A stretch of DNA of 40,462 nucleotides. Origin: Candidatus Woesearchaeota archaeon. Lineage in GTDB: Archaea; Nanobdellota; Nanobdellia; SCGC-AAA011-G17; CAYFGV01. Location of the stretch: NCBI GenBank assembly GCA_964342845.1, contig CAYFGV010000004.1, positions 1 through 40,462 on the forward strand. Reading direction: 5' to 3'. Shown piece by piece: positions 37,044 through 40,462 of the stretch; within the stretch, counting starts at the first letter, position 1, and every line of letters begins with the position of its first letter. The notes under the pieces were generated by a model. That model worked only from the letters and a program-made list of their open reading frames with translations. It was not told the DNA's origin and searched no databases. The position numbers and the translations under genes are program-made.

Positions 37044-38117
37044 ATGGAAAATTTTGAAGAAAATAAAATAGAAGTGAATATAGACGAAAAGACAGATGAT
37101 GCAAAGACTGAAGAAGTGAAGACTGAAACTAAAGAAGCAGGAACAGAGGAAGAAAAGACTGAAGAAGTGAAGAAAGATGTTGCTGAAGAGCCTGTTGTTC
37201 AAAAACCAACTGTGAAGAAAAAAGTTAATCACTGGAAGATTGCTAGTGCTGTTCTTTTGGTGTTGTTTTTAGTATCTCTTTTTTCTGATGGGTTTACAGG
37301 TGCGGCTGTTTTTTCTGGCGAAGATATAGGAAAAGATGTTGCTGCAGAAACAACAGAGGATTTTGTTAACACACTACTTGCAGGACAAGTAACAGCAGAG
37401 GTTTTAGATGTTAGTGAAGAATATGGGTTGTATAAGGTTGAACTTGATATTGCTGGAGAAGAAACTGTTTCTTATTTATCTCCTGATGGTGAGCTTTTTT
37501 TCGCACAACCGATCGATATTGGAGAATACTTGAGTTACGTAGATAATACTGATACTTATGTAGATGATACTGTTGATGACGTAGAAGATGTAGTAGTTAT
37601 TGAGTTGACTTCAGAGGATAATATATTAGGGGAAGAAGATGCTCCTGTGACAGTAATAGAATATAGTGATTTTGAATGTCCTTATTGCGCTAATTTCTGG
37701 TCAGGTACTTTGCCATCTATAAAATCAGAGTATGTAGATACTGGAATGGTTAAGTTTGCTTATAGACATTTCCCGCTAAGTTTCCACGCAAATGCACAAA
37801 ATGCAGCAGAAGCTTCTGAGTGTGCTGGAGACCAAGGAATGTTTTGGGAGTATCATGACAAACTATATGAAAACCAAAACTATCTAGATATAGAGAGTTT
37901 GAAGCAATATGCTATTGATTTAGAATTGGATACAGAAGAGTTTAATGATTGTTTGGAATCTGGAAAGTATACAGAGAAAGTTAACGATGATATGGCATCT
38001 GGAGCACAGTACGGAGTTTCAGGAACACCTGCAACATTTGTTAATGGTATTCTAGTTACTGGAGCACAGCCATTTAGTAGTTTTCAAGCGATAATAGAGG
38101 CAGAACTTTCGTCTTAG
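37044..38117 (+). CDS. membrane-anchored DsbA/thioredoxin-fold oxidoreductase
   Basis: One TM helix, EYSDFECPYC, RHFPL, A.ASECA..QG.FW, GTP. Confidence 0.9.
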   Translation: MENFEENKIEVNIDEKTDDAKTEEVKTETKEAGTEEEKTEEVKKDVAEEPVVQKPTVKKKVNHWKIASAVLLVLFLVSLFSDGFTGAAVFSGEDIGKDVAAETTEDFVNTLLAGQVTAEVLDVSEEYGLYKVELDIAGEETVSYLSPDGELFFAQPIDIGEYLSYVDNTDTYVDDTVDDVEDVVVIELTSEDNILGEEDAPVTVIEYSDFECPYCANFWSGTLPSIKSEYVDTGMVKFAYRHFPLSFHANAQNAAEASECAGDQGMFWEYHDKLYENQNYLDIESLKQYAIDLELDTEEFNDCLESGKYTEKVNDDMASGAQYGVSGTPATFVNGILVTGAQPFSSFQAIIEAELSS

Positions 38118-38686
38118 TTAAAATTATTTTTTATTCCTTTTTTTAATATTTTTAAAATTAGAATTAAAGCTATTGCTTGGAAAACTATTACTGTTAAAAG
38201 ATTTTGTATTATTTCTTGGAAATAGGTTAAAGGGAATGTTTGGATTAGTTTTGTAGAAGAATCTAACAACCAATTGTTTGTTTCAAAAGTTAGAATATGG
38301 AATCCTGTGAAGAAGTTGCTGAAGTCTATTGTTGAGAGGAAAATGAAAATTAAAGTGATTATTAGAGTTAATGTTGTACCTGTTGATATAGAATTTAATA
38401 ATTTTGTTTTTTCTATTTTTACTAAGAATAGGGATGATAATGTTATAAGTATGAAAGTGATTGATACTATATAGCTTGATTTTGCTAATAAATCCTTGAT
38501 TTCTTGTAGATGTGTTTTTTCTTTTTCTGTGTAATCGTCTGACAAAGGTTGATCTTGGTTGAAAAAGTCGTCTAAGTCCTGGTGTTCTTCTATTTCATTG
38601 TAGAAAGTTGAATTTATGTTTAATAAGATTATAAATAGAGGGATTGAGATAATTATAAGTGTTGATAGTATAAATTTCTTTACCAT
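38114..38686 (-). CDS. DUF1461/Lit-like (lipoprotein intramolecular transacylase-like) membrane protein
   Basis: Four TM segments, 'E..HL.EIK.L' and 'F..FF..FH...F...NW......LI..FP..YF' with two His. Confidence 0.65.
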   Translation of the reverse strand: MVKKFILSTLIIISIPLFIILLNINSTFYNEIEEHQDLDDFFNQDQPLSDDYTEKEKTHLQEIKDLLAKSSYIVSITFILITLSSLFLVKIEKTKLLNSISTGTTLTLIITLIFIFLSTIDFSNFFTGFHILTFETNNWLLDSSTKLIQTFPLTYFQEIIQNLLTVIVFQAIALILILKILKKGIKNNFN

Positions 38687-39357
38687 AGTGTGATTGATAG
38701 AAAGAAAAGAGTTATAAGTATTCCTAATAGAAAGAAGAACGTTTTTTCTATTTTTTCTTCTTGGGGGATTATGTCACGAGCTACTATGTAAATTAATGTT
38801 CCTGTTATAAAACTGAATAAAGGATAGTATATTTGAGGGTTTAATGTTATAAATGTGGCTGTTAACGCACCTATAGTAGTTGAAGAAGCTAAGATTATTT
38901 TTATGGTTTTAGATTTTGATGTTTTGTGAATAACTTGAAGTAAAATTGAAGATGATATGGTTAATAGGATGAATGGGATTAATATTATGAAGCTTATAGC
39001 TGTTGTTAATAAAACTAATGTTGCACCTATAATGAAATGTTCTAGAAAGAATGCTAGAGAGTGTACATTTGTTATTTCTTTTTGAAGTATTTTTTTGTTG
39101 TGGATGTGGTGGCAAATTTCTTTTTCTAGTAAATGGAAAGAAATGAAGCCTAAAAGTAAGAAAATGTATACTTTATCATTTATAATTTTTGTTCCTTCTA
39201 TTATTTGGGGAAGTAGTTCTAAGAATATGATTGTTAATAAAATTCCCGCACTTAAACTTAGAAGTTGTTTATAATATTTTTTTGTTAGATTTGCGAAGTA
39301 GTCTGAGAATAGATGTAGTAAACTTAAGAGTATTGCTAGTATTATTGGAATGTACAT
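38680..39357 (-). CDS. ZIP-like divalent metal transporter (divergent)
   Basis: SLSAGILL...FLELLP, FHLLEK, His loop, G.LIYIV..DIIP. Confidence 0.65.
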   Translation of the reverse strand: MYIPIILAILLSLLHLFSDYFANLTKKYYKQLLSLSAGILLTIIFLELLPQIIEGTKIINDKVYIFLLLGFISFHLLEKEICHHIHNKKILQKEITNVHSLAFFLEHFIIGATLVLLTTAISFIILIPFILLTISSSILLQVIHKTSKSKTIKIILASSTTIGALTATFITLNPQIYYPLFSFITGTLIYIVARDIIPQEEKIEKTFFFLLGILITLFFLSITLW

Positions 39358-39372
39358 AGAATGATTTTATTT

Positions 39373-40462
39373 TTAGTCTTTATAAAAATTTTCTTTTATT
39401 TTCTCAAATTCGTGTTTTCCTCCCAAGAGGGCTAAAGAGATTGCTTCTGTTTCTTGAGCTAGAGATGTCATTTGATTTGCTATATTTCTTATATCCCATT
39501 GTGCATGTTCATCTTGTCTCATTCTTGATATGTGGTAGAGTTCTCTTATGTTTGTGGTTAGTTTGACTCTTCTTCTATGTGCGTTTGTTAATACATAAGA
39601 AGATACAGTTGTTCCATATTCTTTTTGTAATTTGCAGAAGAGTTCTGAGCTTTGATCACAGATTTCTGTTAGTCTTGGTTCTAGGCCTGTTTCTGTTATT
39701 GATTCTGGGATTGTGCAACTTAGTCCGGGATTATAGTCTTGAGATAATAAGGTTGACATTCTGTGTCTTTTTAGTTGTGCGAAAGCAGATGCACTTAGAA
39801 TTATTTCATAGGATACTTTTGCTTCTTCAAATTCTCTTGGTAAGGAATCATGTTTTCCTAGTGGTTCAAATACTTTTCTGAAAAATTCTTTATTTCTTTT
39901 TTCTGAGCTTTCTATTTCCTGGGCTTTTTGAAAACAATTTTCCCAAGATTCTTCTGAATATTTATGAAGGATTGCAGTGACTATATATAAGTCAGTAGGG
40001 TCTCTGTCTGTTAATTTTACTTCTTTTTGAGGTGAGTTAAAATAATTTTCCATTGTGTGTTCTTTAACCAGACTTTTTAGGTTCTTTCTTGAGAATTTAT
40101 ACATATCATCTTCTAATGGTCTTTTAAATTCTTTTTCAAATGTTATTGGGTCTGTTAGTTTTATTAGTGAAGGTGCTATTTCTGAGGCTTGGTCATAGAG
40201 TTGTTGAGCTAGGTTTTGTACTTCTATTAGTTCTGAATATTTCATTGTTCTGATTGCGTGTTCTAATGTTCTTGCGCTAAATGTTAAACCTAATTGTCCT
40301 TCTGTGGCTAAGCTTAACACATATCTTGCATCTTCTTTTGCTAGGTTTTCTAGGTCTTTTTCTAGGTTTTTTCTTTCTTCTGGTTTAATTTTCTTTAGTT
40401 TTTCTTGATTTTTTGCTTTTTGATATTCAAATAAGATGGGGTGGGCTTTATCATAGAATTGA
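39373..40462 (-). CDS. thyX: FAD-dependent thymidylate synthase, duplicated-domain type (5' partial)
   Basis: Frame stays open to the window end and gives EDARYVL.LA (first domain). Second domain has QLKRHRMST, N.REL.H..R.R...HAQWDIR. Confidence 0.85.
   Translation of the reverse strand, partial: QFYDKAHPILFEYQKAKNQEKLKKIKPEERKNLEKDLENLAKEDARYVLSLATEGQLGLTFSARTLEHAIRTMKYSELIEVQNLAQQLYDQASEIAPSLIKLTDPITFEKEFKRPLEDDMYKFSRKNLKSLVKEHTMENYFNSPQKEVKLTDRDPTDLYIVTAILHKYSEESWENCFQKAQEIESSEKRNKEFFRKVFEPLGKHDSLPREFEEAKVSYEIILSASAFAQLKRHRMSTLLSQDYNPGLSCTIPESITETGLEPRLTEICDQSSELFCKLQKEYGTTVSSYVLTNAHRRRVKLTTNIRELYHISRMRQDEHAQWDIRNIANQMTSLAQETEAISLALLGGKHEFEKIKENFYKD

Noticed and set aside
122-39881. Many antisense or alternate-frame ORFs rich in F/L/S/I (e.g. 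122-478, 532-1011, 1770-1961, 3318-3656, 25807-26244, 34444-34854, 35955-36317)
   Set aside because: They are shadows of well-supported genes on the other strand or frame, produced by the T-rich strand bias.
1-40462. tRNA, rRNA or IS elements, and a bacterial-archaeal chimeric assembly
   Set aside because: No GC-rich structured segment or transposase was seen. The bacterial-type genes share the archaeal promoters, the skew and overlaps with neighbours. Read mapping would be the final test.

Overview
AT-rich archaeal chromosomal segment, most consistent with a DPANN lineage (Woesearchaeota/Pacearchaeota-like; inferred from gene content, not from a search). Archaeal information-processing genes (Pop5, aIF2-gamma, eS6, aIF5B, eL24, eS28, L7Ae, GluRS, uL16/L10e, eL33/L35Ae) are interleaved with many short unknown ORFs, and most genes have their own BRE/TATA promoter about 25 nt before the start codon. 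No rRNA, tRNA, CRISPR array or transposase was seen. Two candidate systems stand out. (1) A three-gene RiPP-like operon at 16058-18290 (-): a radical SAM/SPASM maturase, a 142-aa precursor with a basic leader and 17 aromatic-X-Asp motifs (10 HxD, 6 YxD, 1 FxD), and a C39-like cysteine peptidase. This suggests a poly-cyclophane (triceptide-like) peptide in an archaeon. (2) An apparently complete bacterial-type lipoprotein maturation set in an archaeal genome: Lgt, LspA, a Lit-like (DUF1461) protein, and a lipobox substrate transcribed divergently from lgt. Also notable are three nucleotidyltransferase/HEPN-like paralogues that pair active and dead domains near a TIM-barrel metalloenzyme, a fused bacterial-type SelU, a catalytically eroded PEP-synthase-like protein, a duplicated-domain ThyX and several small ORFs missed by the ORF track. 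All family calls come from motif recognition by eye.
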